The translations under genes and the position numbers were made by a program. 64,000 nt of DNA from an uncultured Lachnospiraceae bacterium (GTDB taxonomy: Bacteria > Bacillota > Clostridia > Lachnospirales > Anaerotignaceae): assembly GCA_944380405.1 (NCBI GenBank), contig CALWHO010000181.1, positions 74-64,073 on the forward strand. Direction: 5' to 3'. Positions 48,229 through 60,118 of the stretch are shown here, piece after piece. The notes under the pieces were generated by a model, which saw nothing but the letters and a program-made list of their open reading frames with translations, did no database searches and was not told where the DNA came from. Numbering within the stretch: the first letter of the stretch is position 1; the number at the start of each line of letters is the position of its first letter.

Positions 48229-48750
48229 ATGATTACTTTTGAAAATGATAATCAGGAAAAAAAATCATTAAAAGACGAAGGCGACTTTGAAATAGAAGTA
48301 GGCGTTGCAGAGTCTGGAGTTCCTGTTGGGGAAATAGTTGAAGCTGCTGATGAGGCTGCAAAAGAAGACACTTCAAAAAAAGAGGAAATCCGTGAAGAAA
48401 TAGAAAATGTATTTTCAATGGACGAAAATGTAACTCTTTTTCATAAAGGCAATTTAAGAAACGGTACATCTTTGGAATATGACGGAAGTGTTGTGCTTCT
48501 TGGGGATGTAAACCCAGGGGCACAGATTAAAGCAAGAGGCAATATACTTGTACTTGGTGCAATAAAAGGCACTGTACATGCTGGCTGCCTCGGTGACAGA
48601 GACGCTTTTGTTTTTGCCTTAAACATGAAGCCAGTTCAGCTTAGAATTGGGGATATTATAACTCGTTTTCCAGAAGAAGTTCTTAAAGGCGAAATTTTCC
48701 CTGAATATGCTTACATAGAAGACGGCAGAATTTACGTTTCAGAATTTTAA
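48229..48750 (+). CDS. minC: septum site-determining protein MinC
   Basis: The C-terminal beta-helix reads GDVNPGAQIKARGNILVLGAIKGTVHAG. The ATG at 48229 lies eight nt after GGAGG. Confidence 0.85.
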   Translation: MITFENDNQEKKSLKDEGDFEIEVGVAESGVPVGEIVEAADEAAKEDTSKKEEIREEIENVFSMDENVTLFHKGNLRNGTSLEYDGSVVLLGDVNPGAQIKARGNILVLGAIKGTVHAGCLGDRDAFVFALNMKPVQLRIGDIITRFPEEVLKGEIFPEYAYIEDGRIYVSEF

Positions 48751-48896
48751 TTGTACTTTTTGTCGAATTTTTTTAGTATTTGCTAAAAAAAAATGGTGCA
48801 AAATAGTAATATTTTTGCTAATATATATTTGTATAGCAATAAACTGACAATAAAGTTTTTTTACTTTTATTTTCATTAGTGGGAGGATTATAACAC

Positions 48897-49691
48897 ATGA
48901 GTGAAGTAATAGTTATAACAAGCGGCAAAGGCGGTGTTGGTAAAACAACAACAACTGCTAATATAGGCTGCGGTCTTGCAATGTCCGGCAAGAAAGTTGC
49001 CCTCGTAGATGCAGATATCGGACTTAGAAATCTTGACGTAGTTATGGGTCTTGAAAACAGAATAGTATATGACCTTGTAGACGTTGTTGAAGGCAACTGC
49101 AAGCTTAAGCAGGCACTTATAAAGGATAAAAGATATTCAGGTCTTTACCTTCTTCCAGCAGCTCAGACAAGAGATAAAGATGCTGTTTCTCCAGAGCAGA
49201 TGCAAAAACTTTGCGAAAACCTTAAAGAAGAAGAATTTGACTACATAATAATCGACTGCCCTGCTGGTATAGAACAAGGCTTTAAAAACGCTATTGCAGG
49301 TGCAGACCGTGCCCTTGTTGTTACAACACCAGAGGTTTCAGCAGTAAGAGATGCCGACAGAATTATCGGTCTTCTTGAAGCAAATGAGCTTAATAACCCA
49401 AGTCTTATACTTAACCGTCTTAGAATAGACATGGTTGAAAAAGGCGAAATGATGTCTATAGATGACGTAACAGAAATACTTGCTGTTGACATTATAGGCG
49501 TTGTTCCAGATGATGAAGCAATTGTTATTCAGACAAATAAAGGTGAACCAGCCGTAACAGTTGAAACATCAAAAGCTGGCCAGGCATACAGAAACATAAC
49601 AAGACGTATACTTGGTGAAGATGTTCCTCTTATGGAGCTTAAGAACGAAGAAACATTTATAGACAAGCTTAAAAAACTTTTTCACCGCTGA
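48897..49691 (+). CDS. minD: septum site-determining ATPase MinD
   Basis: It has the deviant Walker A motif SGKGGVGKTT and a C-terminal amphipathic helix. Confidence 0.95.
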   Translation: MSEVIVITSGKGGVGKTTTTANIGCGLAMSGKKVALVDADIGLRNLDVVMGLENRIVYDLVDVVEGNCKLKQALIKDKRYSGLYLLPAAQTRDKDAVSPEQMQKLCENLKEEEFDYIIIDCPAGIEQGFKNAIAGADRALVVTTPEVSAVRDADRIIGLLEANELNNPSLILNRLRIDMVEKGEMMSIDDVTEILAVDIIGVVPDDEAIVIQTNKGEPAVTVETSKAGQAYRNITRRILGEDVPLMELKNEETFIDKLKKLFHR

Positions 49692-49712
49692 TAATCGAAG
49701 GAGTTGAATAAA

Positions 49713-50009
49713 ATGGATCTTTTTGATTTTTTAGGTTTCTTTAAAAAGAAAGAGCCTGCATCTGGCTCTGTGGCAAAAGACAGACTTAAGCTTGTTCTTG
49801 TGCACGATCGTACTAATTGCTCAACACAAGTGCTGGAAATGCTTAAAGGTGATATTATAAAAGTTATTTCCAACTATATGGAAATCGACGAAGACGAACT
49901 TGACATCAACATCACAGAAACAAAATCTGAAGATAATTCAGGTACTGTACCTGTTCTTTACGCAAACATACCTATCAAGAGTATGCGTAGAAATTCAGGC
50001 GGCAATTGA
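49713..50009 (+). CDS. minE: cell division topological specificity factor MinE
   Basis: The protein reads MDLFDFLGFFKKK...AKDRLKLVLVHDR. The ATG lies nine nt after GAAGGAG. Confidence 0.9.
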   Translation: MDLFDFLGFFKKKEPASGSVAKDRLKLVLVHDRTNCSTQVLEMLKGDIIKVISNYMEIDEDELDINITETKSEDNSGTVPVLYANIPIKSMRRNSGGN

Positions 50010-50013
50010 TTAT

Positions 50014-50050
50014 AAACAGGTTCCTTTTTTCTATTGGAACCTGTTTTTTT
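50014..50050 (+). terminator. intrinsic terminator after minE
   Basis: The stem aacaggttcc...ggaacctgtt is followed by TTTTT. Confidence 0.7.
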
Positions 50051-50109
50051 AAACTTTGATTAAACTTGATAAATAAAGGAGATACTTTTTATATAAGGAA
50101 GAATTTTCA

Positions 50110-51252
50110 ATGAATATAAAACGTTCTTTGCGCTACTTTGACTGGTATCTTATAGTTGCCGTATGTATACTTTCAATATTTGGCATAGTATGTATAGGCT
50201 CTGCAACACATATAAACCTTGGGGAAAGTACATCAAACTACTATTCACAAATGGTGTGGTTTGCAGTAGGGCTTGGGATAATGGTATTTGTTTCACAGCT
50301 TAACTTGGAGCATATATCACAGTATTATCTGCCACTTTATGCCTTTAATATACTTTTGCTTGTAGCCGTACTTCTATTCGGTAGAAATGTAAACGGTGCT
50401 ACAAGATGGATATACTTTGGTCCTATAGGTATACAGCCGTCAGAGTTTACAAAAATTATAATGATTATATGCCTGTCAAAACTAATTGACAAAAATCGTG
50501 ATAGGATAAATAATATAAGTATATTGGCAGCAATAGGAATTTTTGTATTAATCCCTGTATTTCTAATACAAAGACAGCCTTCCCTTTCTGCAAGCCTTGT
50601 GCTTCTGGCTGTGCTTGTTGTGGAATTTTTTGTTGCTGGTATTGACTCCAAGTATATAATACGAGTTCTTGTTGTGGCTCTTCCAATAGTTGTATTCATA
50701 CTTTGGGATGTACAAAATGAGAATCCTATTATTGTTGACAAAATATTTCAGCCTCACCAGATTTCAAGACTTCTGTCATTTGTAAATCCTGTTGAGGGTT
50801 CTGATGCCTATTATCAGACAATGAAGTCCATAAATGCCATTGGATCAGGACAGGTTATGGGTAAAGGAATATATGAAGGCACATTAAATCAGCTTAGCTA
50901 TCTTCCAGAGCCACAAAATGACTTTATATTCTCTGTTATAGGAGAAGAGTTTGGCTTTATAGGCTGTATAGGTGTTTTGGTGTTACAGTTTTTTGTAATA
51001 CTAAGATGTATGCTTGTTTCATTAAACAGCCCAAATAACTTCTACCGTCTTGTAGCTGCCGGTATAGCAGGAATGCTTGCTTTTCAGGTATTTGTAAATA
51101 CAGGCGTTGCAACAGGAATACTGCCAAATACAGGTATGTCGCTTCCTTTTGTAAGCTATGGCGGAAGCTCTATGTGGACAAATATGGCATCAATAGGCGT
51201 AATATTAAATATAGACCTGAAAAGGTCAAGATCACTGTTTGAGGGGGTATAG
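50110..51252 (+). CDS. rodA: SEDS-family peptidoglycan polymerase RodA (FtsW/RodA/SpoVE family)
   Basis: The 380 aa polytopic protein has the motifs PSEF.K, DFIFSVIGEE and LPFVSYGGSS. Confidence 0.85.
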   Translation: MNIKRSLRYFDWYLIVAVCILSIFGIVCIGSATHINLGESTSNYYSQMVWFAVGLGIMVFVSQLNLEHISQYYLPLYAFNILLLVAVLLFGRNVNGATRWIYFGPIGIQPSEFTKIIMIICLSKLIDKNRDRINNISILAAIGIFVLIPVFLIQRQPSLSASLVLLAVLVVEFFVAGIDSKYIIRVLVVALPIVVFILWDVQNENPIIVDKIFQPHQISRLLSFVNPVEGSDAYYQTMKSINAIGSGQVMGKGIYEGTLNQLSYLPEPQNDFIFSVIGEEFGFIGCIGVLVLQFFVILRCMLVSLNSPNNFYRLVAAGIAGMLAFQVFVNTGVATGILPNTGMSLPFVSYGGSSMWTNMASIGVILNIDLKRSRSLFEGV

Positions 51253-51256
51253 ATAA

Positions 51257-51652
51257 GTGAATATAGCGTTAATAGCACATGATAATAAAAAGAAATTAAT
51301 GGAAAATCTCTGCATTGCATACAGACATATTTTAACTAAACATACATTATATGCAACTGGAACAACAGGTCGTCTTGTTGAAGAAGCCGCTAACCTTTCC
51401 GTTCATAAATATCTTGCAGGCCACCTTGGCGGTGAACAGCAGCTTGGCAGTCAGGTAGCAAATAACGATATTGACCTTGTTATTTTCCTTCGTGACCCTG
51501 TTGCACCAAAAAATTATGAGCCTAATATCAATAGCATACTTCGCCTTTGCGACCTTCATAATATTCCTCTTGCAAGTAACCTTGCTACAGCCGAAATACT
51601 TCTTTTGGCTCTTGATAGAGGTGACCTTGACTGGAGAAATGTGGTGAAATAA
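51257..51652 (+). CDS. mgsA: methylglyoxal synthase
   Basis: It has a GTG start and the sequence IALIAHDNKK...LYATGTTG. Confidence 0.9.
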   Translation: MNIALIAHDNKKKLMENLCIAYRHILTKHTLYATGTTGRLVEEAANLSVHKYLAGHLGGEQQLGSQVANNDIDLVIFLRDPVAPKNYEPNINSILRLCDLHNIPLASNLATAEILLLALDRGDLDWRNVVK

Positions 51653-51655
51653 AAG

Positions 51656-51925
51656 GTGCCTATATTACTTATATATTATCTGGCAATAAATATAATACTA
51701 TTTGCTGCCATGGGCATAGATAAGCGTCTTGCCATTAAAAATAAACGCCGCATACCAGAAGCTAACCTTTTTATAATGTCGCTTTTAGGCGGTGCCATTG
51801 GCGGACTTATAGCAATGAATGTTTTTCATCATAAAACTAAAAAAGTACAGTTTTATATAATATTCATTGTTTCACTTTTGCTTCATGGAGCACTTATTTA
51901 TACTATTGCCACAAAACTTGCTTAA
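51656..51925 (+). CDS. DUF1294 small membrane protein
   Basis: The 89 aa protein reads GIDKRLAIKNKRRIPE...GGAIGGLIAMNVFHHKTKK. Confidence 0.7.
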   Translation: MPILLIYYLAINIILFAAMGIDKRLAIKNKRRIPEANLFIMSLLGGAIGGLIAMNVFHHKTKKVQFYIIFIVSLLLHGALIYTIATKLA

Positions 51926-51982
51926 AACTCTAAATGCAGAATACAAACTTAGTTGTATTCTGCTTTTTTTATAGGTGATGAA

Positions 51983-52417
51983 ATGATTAATATAGAAAAG
52001 TTACAAAAATCAAATTTAGATACTGTAATGGCAATATGGCTTAATACAAATATAAACGCCCATAGCTTTATACCCAAAACTTACTGGGAAAGTAAATTTA
52101 ATATGGTAAAGGAACTTATACCAAAATCTGACGTATATTTATTACAATATAATAATAGCATAGCTGCCTTTATAGGCGTTTTAGATGGGTATATAGCAGG
52201 GTTATTTGTAAAGAGTAATTACCAATCAAAAGGCTTTGGAAAAGCTCTCTTAGACCATGTAAAAGCCATATATCCACGCCTTACACTTGATGTCTATGAA
52301 AAAAATAAAATAGCAGTTTTATTTTATAAAAGAGAGGGCTTTATAATAACAGAAAAATTTATTGATACAGCCGTAAATGAATATTCATATAAAATGGAGT
52401 GGTCAAAATCACTTTAA
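51983..52417 (+). CDS. GNAT-family N-acetyltransferase
   Basis: The acetyl-CoA-binding motif Q.KGFGKALL is present. The ATG at 51983 follows AGGTGA. Confidence 0.75.
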   Translation: MINIEKLQKSNLDTVMAIWLNTNINAHSFIPKTYWESKFNMVKELIPKSDVYLLQYNNSIAAFIGVLDGYIAGLFVKSNYQSKGFGKALLDHVKAIYPRLTLDVYEKNKIAVLFYKREGFIITEKFIDTAVNEYSYKMEWSKSL

Positions 52418-52432
52418 AAAGGAGTGATATAA

Positions 52433-53296
52433 ATGAAAAAAACACTTATTATTTTGTTGGTATTTTTATGCTCTGTTTCTTTATGCTCATGCCAAAATAA
52501 CGATGTAAATGAATCCTCTCTTTCTGACGCTAAAAGTTCGTACAATATTTCAGATGGCATAACAGCTTACTTGGAATTTGATAACTACCCAAAAGATGTA
52601 AAAAATTTAAAAGTATACTTAGAAAATAAATCAGACAATATTATTCTCTATGGAAATGGGTGGAGCTTTGAAAAATATACTGATGGTAAATGGGAAAGCC
52701 TTGAAACAAAGGAAAACTACGGCTTTACAGATGAGGGCTATACCCTTTACGAATATGACAAAAATGAGGTTATAATACCCCTTTCACACCTAAAAAAGTC
52801 CCTTTCAGAAGGTCTTTACAGGGTTACTGGCTCAAATATAAGCATAGGCAAAAATAATGAAGATATGTCTTCTTATAAAGATATTTCAGGGTATGTTTTG
52901 GAATTTAAAATTGAAAAAAGCTCATCTTCTCCGCCATATTCTGAAATAAGTGAGGACACAACAAAAGAGGACTGGCAGTATTATACTCCTTATGATGTTG
53001 AAAAAATATATACTGACAATGGATTATCTGTCTGGCGGTATATTAATTCCGGCAGTAGATATATAGCTTTGCTTTACAGAGAAAATACCCCTGAAAATGA
53101 ATATCTTAACGAAGGCGACAAACTTCTTCTTGATATATTTGACAGAAATACAGGCAAAATATATACAGTTTATTCCAAACCAGAAGTTTTAATAAACTCT
53201 GTAACTGCCGAAAATAACGGCTTTAATATTGAAAATAATGGAAATATATATTTTGCATTTATAGAAAACGATACACTTAATATATCTGAGAAATGA
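52433..53296 (+). CDS. hypothetical secreted lipoprotein
   Basis: It has a signal peptide with a lipobox-like VSLCSC. I recognise no family. Confidence 0.6.
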   Translation: MKKTLIILLVFLCSVSLCSCQNNDVNESSLSDAKSSYNISDGITAYLEFDNYPKDVKNLKVYLENKSDNIILYGNGWSFEKYTDGKWESLETKENYGFTDEGYTLYEYDKNEVIIPLSHLKKSLSEGLYRVTGSNISIGKNNEDMSSYKDISGYVLEFKIEKSSSSPPYSEISEDTTKEDWQYYTPYDVEKIYTDNGLSVWRYINSGSRYIALLYRENTPENEYLNEGDKLLLDIFDRNTGKIYTVYSKPEVLINSVTAENNGFNIENNGNIYFAFIENDTLNISEK

Positions 53297-53305
53297 GGAA
53301 TTAAA

Positions 53306-53653
53306 ATGGAAAACAAAAAAGTCTATTCAATGAAGCTTTCAAAAATATCCCCTCTTCTTGTTGCAAAAGCAGAAAAAAAGAACCGAACAAAATATGAAGT
53401 AAACAAAATTATATTTAATTTAACAGGCTATGATGATACTTCTCTTGAAAACCAGCTAAAAAAAGATGTGGACTACGAAACATTTTTTAATGAAGCCCCT
53501 CAATTTAATCCCAACTGGGAAAACATAAAAGGCACTATATGTGGCTGCCGTATAGAAGAAATAGAAGACCCACTTATGCGTAAAATACGCTGCCTTGATA
53601 AAATGGTTGATATGCTTGCAAAAGGCAAAGATATTGAAAAAATACTTATATAA
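53306..53653 (+). CDS. DUF2200 domain protein
   Basis: The sequence ...LTGYD...FFNEAP.FNPN...I.G.ICG.RIEEIEDPLMR..R.LDK.VD.LAKGK matches DUF2200 proteins as I recall them. Confidence 0.7.
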   Translation: MENKKVYSMKLSKISPLLVAKAEKKNRTKYEVNKIIFNLTGYDDTSLENQLKKDVDYETFFNEAPQFNPNWENIKGTICGCRIEEIEDPLMRKIRCLDKMVDMLAKGKDIEKILI

Positions 53654-53656
53654 ATA

Positions 53657-53694
53657 AAATGGCATAAAGACGTAAGCCTTTATGCCATTTTTTA
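53657..53694. terminator. bidirectional terminator between the DUF2200 gene and eno
   Basis: atggcataaag-acgtaagc-ctttatgccat forms an 11 bp stem with a T-run. Confidence 0.7.
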
Positions 53695-53704
53695 ATACTT
53701 TTAA

Positions 53705-55042
<1,338 letters not shown>

Positions 55043-55101
55043 TTATATATCTTAATAAAACATCTGTTTTAATAAAACCTGATTTTATTTTACTTTATTT
55101 T

Positions 55102-56643
55102 TTATTTACTTACAAGAAGTGATGTGCCTGTCATTTCTTCAGGAACAGGAATATCCATCATTTCAAGAAGTGTAGGTGCTATATCGGCAAGCTTACCGCC
55201 TTCTCTAAGACCAATACCATCTGTGTAATTTACAAGTATAAATGGCACAGGGTTTGTTGTATGAGCAGTAAAGGCTTCACCTGTTTCAGGGTCAACCATT
55301 TTTTTTTTTTTTTTTTGTTCAGCACATATAAACATTCTGCCGTTTACCTTCATAAGTGCTTCGTATGCTCTGCCTACGCACTCATCAACTGCTTCAACAG
55401 CCCTTTCAGCAGCTTCAAATACGCCTGTGTGACCTACCATGTCGCTGTTTGCATAGTTTACAACAATAAGGTCGTATTTTTCAGCAAGTATGTTTTCAAC
55501 AAGGGCATCTGTAACTTCGTAAGCACTCATTTCCGGCTTAAGGTCGTATGTGGCAACCTTTGGTGACGGAATAAGTATTCTGTCCTCGTTTTTGTTAGGC
55601 GCTTCAACACCGCCGTTAAAGAAAAATGTAACGTGAGCGTATTTTTCAGTTTCAGCAAGTCTAAGCTGTTTTAAGCCCTTTGATGCTATATATTCACCAA
55701 GGGTATTTTTAAGTGACTGTGGCTTAAATGCCACAATTTTATTTTCAATAGTTTTGTCGTATTCTGTAAAGCATACATAAGTAATGCCTGTAAGAACCTT
55801 TTCTCTTTCAAAGCCTTTAAAATCAACATCACAGAAGCAACGAGTAATTTCTCTTGCTCTGTCAGGTCTGAAATTAAAGAATATAATGGAGTCCTCTTTT
55901 TCAGCAACAGCTAAAGGCTTGCCGCTTTCGTCTGTAATTACGGAAGGCACTACAAACTCATCTGTAACGCCATTTTCGTAGCTTTTTTCAATACAGTCAA
56001 CAGCTGAAGTAAACTTATCGCCTTTGCCCATGGCAATGGCATTATAAGCCTTTTCAACTCTGTCCCAACGGTTATCTCTGTCCATGGCATAGTATCTGCC
56101 CATTACAGAAGCAATTTTGCCTGTGCCTATTTCCCTCATCTGCTCCTCAAGGGCTTCAATATAGCCTTTTCCACTTGTAGGAGCAGTATCTCTGCCGTCA
56201 AGGAATGCATGAACATATACCTTTTCAAGTCCATAGATTTTTGCAAGTTTCAAAAGTGCATAAAGATGGCTGTTGTGGCTGTGAACACCACCGTCTGAAA
56301 GAAGACCGTATATATGAAGACTGCTGCCCATATTTTTGCAGTTTTCAACAGCCTTTAAGAAACTTTCGTTTTCAAAAAAGTCACCGTCTTTAATGCTTTT
56401 TGTAATTCTTGTAAGCTCCTGATATACAACTCTTCCTGCGCCTATGTTAAGATGTCCAACTTCTGAGTTACCCATCTGACCTTCAGGAAGACCAACATCA
56501 AGACCGCTGGCATAACCCTTTACACATGGATATTTTTCCATAAGCATATCCATGTTAGGTGTTTTAGCCTGAGAAATAGCATTACCTTCTTTATTCTGGT
56601 TCATGCCATATCCGTCAAGTATCATTAATACTGTAGTTTTCAT
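55102..56643 (-). CDS. gpmI: 2,3-bisphosphoglycerate-independent phosphoglycerate mutase, with the ADHGN metal motif replaced by a poly-Lys run encoded by A18
   Basis: The 513 aa protein retains LDGYG, GNSEVGH, SDMVGHTG and TAHT. Where homologues have ITADHGNAEQM it reads ICAEQKKKKKM, encoded across the T18 run at 55299-55316 on the + strand. Confidence 0.85.
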   Translation of the reverse strand: MKTTVLMILDGYGMNQNKEGNAISQAKTPNMDMLMEKYPCVKGYASGLDVGLPEGQMGNSEVGHLNIGAGRVVYQELTRITKSIKDGDFFENESFLKAVENCKNMGSSLHIYGLLSDGGVHSHNSHLYALLKLAKIYGLEKVYVHAFLDGRDTAPTSGKGYIEALEEQMREIGTGKIASVMGRYYAMDRDNRWDRVEKAYNAIAMGKGDKFTSAVDCIEKSYENGVTDEFVVPSVITDESGKPLAVAEKEDSIIFFNFRPDRAREITRCFCDVDFKGFEREKVLTGITYVCFTEYDKTIENKIVAFKPQSLKNTLGEYIASKGLKQLRLAETEKYAHVTFFFNGGVEAPNKNEDRILIPSPKVATYDLKPEMSAYEVTDALVENILAEKYDLIVVNYANSDMVGHTGVFEAAERAVEAVDECVGRAYEALMKVNGRMFICAEQKKKKKMVDPETGEAFTAHTTNPVPFILVNYTDGIGLREGGKLADIAPTLLEMMDIPVPEEMTGTSLLVSK

Positions 56644-56660
56644 ATTTTAATCACCCTAAA

Positions 56661-57404
56661 TTAATAATTAACAATCTGAGCAAATTCTTCTTTAAGGCTT
56701 GCACCGCCAACAAGACCGCCGTCAATGTTTTCCATAGCGAAAAGCTCAGCTGCGTTTTTGCCATTTACACTTCCGCCATACTGTATTCTGATAACTTCTG
56801 CTGTCTTGTCGCCGTAAAGCTCTTTAATAACCTGTCTTATGGCTGCACAAATTTCTTCTGCCTGCTGGCTTGTAGCTGTTTTGCCTGTACCTATAGCCCA
56901 AATTGGTTCATAAGCTATAACTACCTTTTGGGCTTCTTCTGCACTTAAGCCTGCAAGACCGCATTTAACCTGTGTACGTATAAATTCTATTTCAATACCA
57001 AGCTCTCTCTGTTCAAGAGTTTCACCACAGCACATAATAGGTGTCATGTTATGCTCAAGTATTTTCTTTACCTTTTTGTTTACTGTTTCATCTGTTTCAG
57101 CAAAATATTCTCTTCTTTCGCTGTGACCTACAACAACGTATTTAACCCCTGCTTCTTCAAGCATAGCTGGTGAAATTTCGCCTGTGTAAGCACCGCTTTC
57201 TTCAAAATATACGTTCTGAGCGCCTACTGCAATATTTGTGCCTTTAAGTGCATCAACAACAGGAAGTATATTTATTGCAGGAACACAGAAAACAACATCA
57301 ACATTGTCTGTATCTACCTTGTCTTTAAGCATTGCTACAAGCTCCATAGCTTCCTTAGGAGTCTTGTTCATTTTCCAGTTACCTGCAACTATTTTCTTTC
57401 TCAT
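56661..57404 (-). CDS. tpiA: triose-phosphate isomerase
   Basis: The 247 aa protein has the NWKMN, GHSERR and [11 protein letters not shown] motifs. Confidence 0.95.
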   Translation of the reverse strand: MRKKIVAGNWKMNKTPKEAMELVAMLKDKVDTDNVDVVFCVPAINILPVVDALKGTNIAVGAQNVYFEESGAYTGEISPAMLEEAGVKYVVVGHSERREYFAETDETVNKKVKKILEHNMTPIMCCGETLEQRELGIEIEFIRTQVKCGLAGLSAEEAQKVVIAYEPIWAIGTGKTATSQQAEEICAAIRQVIKELYGDKTAEVIRIQYGGSVNGKNAAELFAMENIDGGLVGGASLKEEFAQIVNY

Positions 57405-57493
57405 TTTAAAATTCCTCCAAATTAAAAATTATATCCATATACCGTTCTTAAGCCCTGCACCAAAATTTAGTACAAGGCTTAAATTAACTGATT

Positions 57494-58687
57494 TTATTTA
57501 TCGTCTACTGCCGCAACACCAGGAAGTTCTTTGCCTTCAAGGAACTCAAGTGAAGCGCCGCCGCCTGTTGAAATATGGCTCATTTTGTCGCCAAATCCAA
57601 GCTGGTTTACAGCTGCCGCTGAGTCACCGCCACCAATAATTGTTGTTGCATCAATGTTTGCAAGAGCCTGAGCAACGGCTATTGTACCTTTTGCAAAGTT
57701 AGGCATTTCAAATACGCCCATAGGTCCGTTCCATACAACTGTTTTTGCATCTTTAAGAGTATCTGCAAAAAGCTTTCTTGTTTCAGGTCCAATATCAAGA
57801 CCTTCCCAATCTGCTGGTATTTCGCTTGCTTTAACAATCTTGCTTTCAGCGTCATTTTTAAATTCCTGAGCTATAACAACGTCAACAGGAAGAAGGAATT
57901 TAACATTCTTTTCATCTGCTTTTTTCATCATGTCTTTAGCAAAGTCAATGCTTTCTTCATCAAGAAGTGAAAGACCTATTTCATATCCCTTAGCTTTAAG
58001 GAATGTATAAGCCATACCACCACCAATTATAAGTATGTCAACCTTTTCAAGAAGGTTATTTATAACATTAATTTTGTCCTTTACCTTAGCACCGCCAAGT
58101 ATAGCAGCAAATGGTCTTACAGGGTTATTAACTGCATTACCAAGGTATTCGATTTCTTTTTCCATAAGATAGCCAACAGCTGATTCTTTTACAAACTTTG
58201 TAACACCTTCTGTTGAGCAGTGAGCTCTGTGGCTTGAGCCAAAAGCATCATCAACATATACATCTGCAAGAGAAGCAAGCTCTTTGCTGAAGTTTTCTTC
58301 GTTCTTTGTTTCTTCTTTTCTGAAACGTGTGTTTTCAAGAAGAATAACATCGCCGTCATTCATTTTTTCTACAGCAGCCTTTGCGTTTTCGCCAACAACT
58401 GTGTCATCTGCTGCAAATACAACTTCTTTGCCTAAAAGCTCTGAAAGTCTTGCAGCAACTGGTGCAAGAGAAAGTTCTTTTTTAACTTCGCCCTTTGGCT
58501 TACCCATGTGTGAGCAAAGTATAACCTTTCCTCCGTCATTAATAAGCTTTTTAATTGTAGGAAGAGCAGCTGTTATTCTGTTTTCGTCTGTAATTACGCC
58601 ATCTTTAAGGGGCACGTTAAAGTCACATCTTACAAGAACTTTTTTACCCTTTACATTAAGGTCATCAACGCTTTTTTTGTTAAGCAT
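57494..58687 (-). CDS. pgk: phosphoglycerate kinase
   Basis: The sequence RCDFNVP...GGGDS is conserved. The ATG at 58687 follows GAGGAGG. Confidence 0.95.
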   Translation of the reverse strand: MLNKKSVDDLNVKGKKVLVRCDFNVPLKDGVITDENRITAALPTIKKLINDGGKVILCSHMGKPKGEVKKELSLAPVAARLSELLGKEVVFAADDTVVGENAKAAVEKMNDGDVILLENTRFRKEETKNEENFSKELASLADVYVDDAFGSSHRAHCSTEGVTKFVKESAVGYLMEKEIEYLGNAVNNPVRPFAAILGGAKVKDKINVINNLLEKVDILIIGGGMAYTFLKAKGYEIGLSLLDEESIDFAKDMMKKADEKNVKFLLPVDVVIAQEFKNDAESKIVKASEIPADWEGLDIGPETRKLFADTLKDAKTVVWNGPMGVFEMPNFAKGTIAVAQALANIDATTIIGGGDSAAAVNQLGFGDKMSHISTGGGASLEFLEGKELPGVAAVDDK

Positions 58688-58908
58688 AGTAAATTTACCT
58701 CCTCTAATATAAACCAAAACTTCAATTATAGTTTTAAAATTCCCAATATAAATAAAAATACTCTTTTACTTTTCAATAAGAAATATTTTTACGTTCATAT
58801 TATACTCCATAATTTACTAATATTCAAGCAATCCCTTGTAAATGTATGGATATATAATGCACAAATTTATAGAAAAAAATAATTGCTTATATACAAATTA
58901 TTATAACC

Positions 58909-59397
58909 TTAAAAAATACTTTTTATTTCTGTAACTGGCCATAACTTAATTATAGCCCTTGCTTTAATGTCTTCTTTTAAAATTTCGCCAAATTCTCGGC
59001 TGTCTGTGCTTTCGTCTGGGTTATCACCAAGGACAAAAACATAGCCCTCATCTATAGTAAATGAAAAATCATTTTTGCATAAATAGCCCTCTTGCTCTTC
59101 ACCATTTATATATAGTAAGCCATTTTCAGCCTCAACTTTATCACCCTCAACTGCAGCTATTCTTTTTATAACATTTATTTCTTTTTTCCCGTCTTCATAT
59201 TCAAACACAACTATGTCACCTTTGTCATATATGCCAGCAAAAGCCATAGCCCTGCTCATCATTATAATATCTCCATGTGATAATGTGTCTTCCATTGAAT
59301 TTCCTTCAACCTGTGCAGGATAAAAAAATATAAAAAGTGCCAAAAATATTAAAACAGCCTCCAAAATTTCGCTGCCGTATTTCTTCAAAAAAGTCAT
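58909..59397 (-). CDS. signal peptidase I (second S26 paralogue)
   Basis: The GNSMEDTL and GDNPDESTDSREFG motifs are present with an N-terminal TM helix. Confidence 0.8.
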   Translation of the reverse strand: MTFLKKYGSEILEAVLIFLALFIFFYPAQVEGNSMEDTLSHGDIIMMSRAMAFAGIYDKGDIVVFEYEDGKKEINVIKRIAAVEGDKVEAENGLLYINGEEQEGYLCKNDFSFTIDEGYVFVLGDNPDESTDSREFGEILKEDIKARAIIKLWPVTEIKSIF

Positions 59398-59572
59398 ATT
59401 GCTTATGCCTCCGCAAACATTCGTTTAAATAAGTATAGACAAAAAAAAGACTTATTTCAACAAGTTACCATAATAAAATATCAATGTATTTTTAAACCAT
59501 ATAACAAAATTTAATTTGCTAAAAAAATAACCGTTAATTATAATATAAATTGTTTTTTAGGAGGGATTTAAA

Positions 59573-60118
59573 TTGAAAGAGCTTATTTATCTTTTTATAA
59601 CATTTGCCAAAATAGGCAGTGTAACATTTGGCGGAGGCTATGCCATGCTGCCACTGCTTACAAGAGAATTTGTTGAAAAAAGAGGCTGGGTTACAGACAG
59701 CGAGCTTACAGATTACTTCGCCATAGGTCAGTGTACTCCCGGCATAATAGCCGTTAACGTGTCCACATTTATAGGCAATAAACGAAAAGGTCTTATAGGC
59801 GGCATTGTGGCAACAGTTGGCTTTGTTTCAATTCCAATTGTTATAATAACCGTTATTGCGGCATTTCTTACAAACTTTGCCGAATACGAAATAGTAAAAA
59901 ATGCATTTGCAGGTGTAAGAGCATGTGTGTGCGTGCTTATTATAAACGCTGTTTTAAGACTTTGGAAATCTTCCATAGTAGACAAAAAAACACTTCTTAT
60001 ATTTATTGCCGTGGCAGCAATATCTGTACTGCCAATAGATGTATCTCCTGCAATACTTGTTATACTTTCTGCTGTAGCAGGACTTCTTATTAAGTCAGTA
60101 GGAGGTAAAGAAAAATGA
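59573..60118 (+). CDS. chromate transporter family protein (ChrA half-size, N-type)
   Basis: The sequence FGGGYAMLPLL...GQCTPG is present. The gene overlaps its partner by 4 nt. Confidence 0.8.
   Translation: MKELIYLFITFAKIGSVTFGGGYAMLPLLTREFVEKRGWVTDSELTDYFAIGQCTPGIIAVNVSTFIGNKRKGLIGGIVATVGFVSIPIVIITVIAAFLTNFAEYEIVKNAFAGVRACVCVLIINAVLRLWKSSIVDKKTLLIFIAVAAISVLPIDVSPAILVILSAVAGLLIKSVGGKEK

Noticed and set aside
48751-48896. The 146-nt gap between minC and minD as a hidden small gene or RNA.
   Set aside because: The gap is AT-rich with a few short direct repeats (tttgcta) and an A9 run. It has no ORF with an RBS and no convincing hairpin, so it is probably an internal promoter or spacer.
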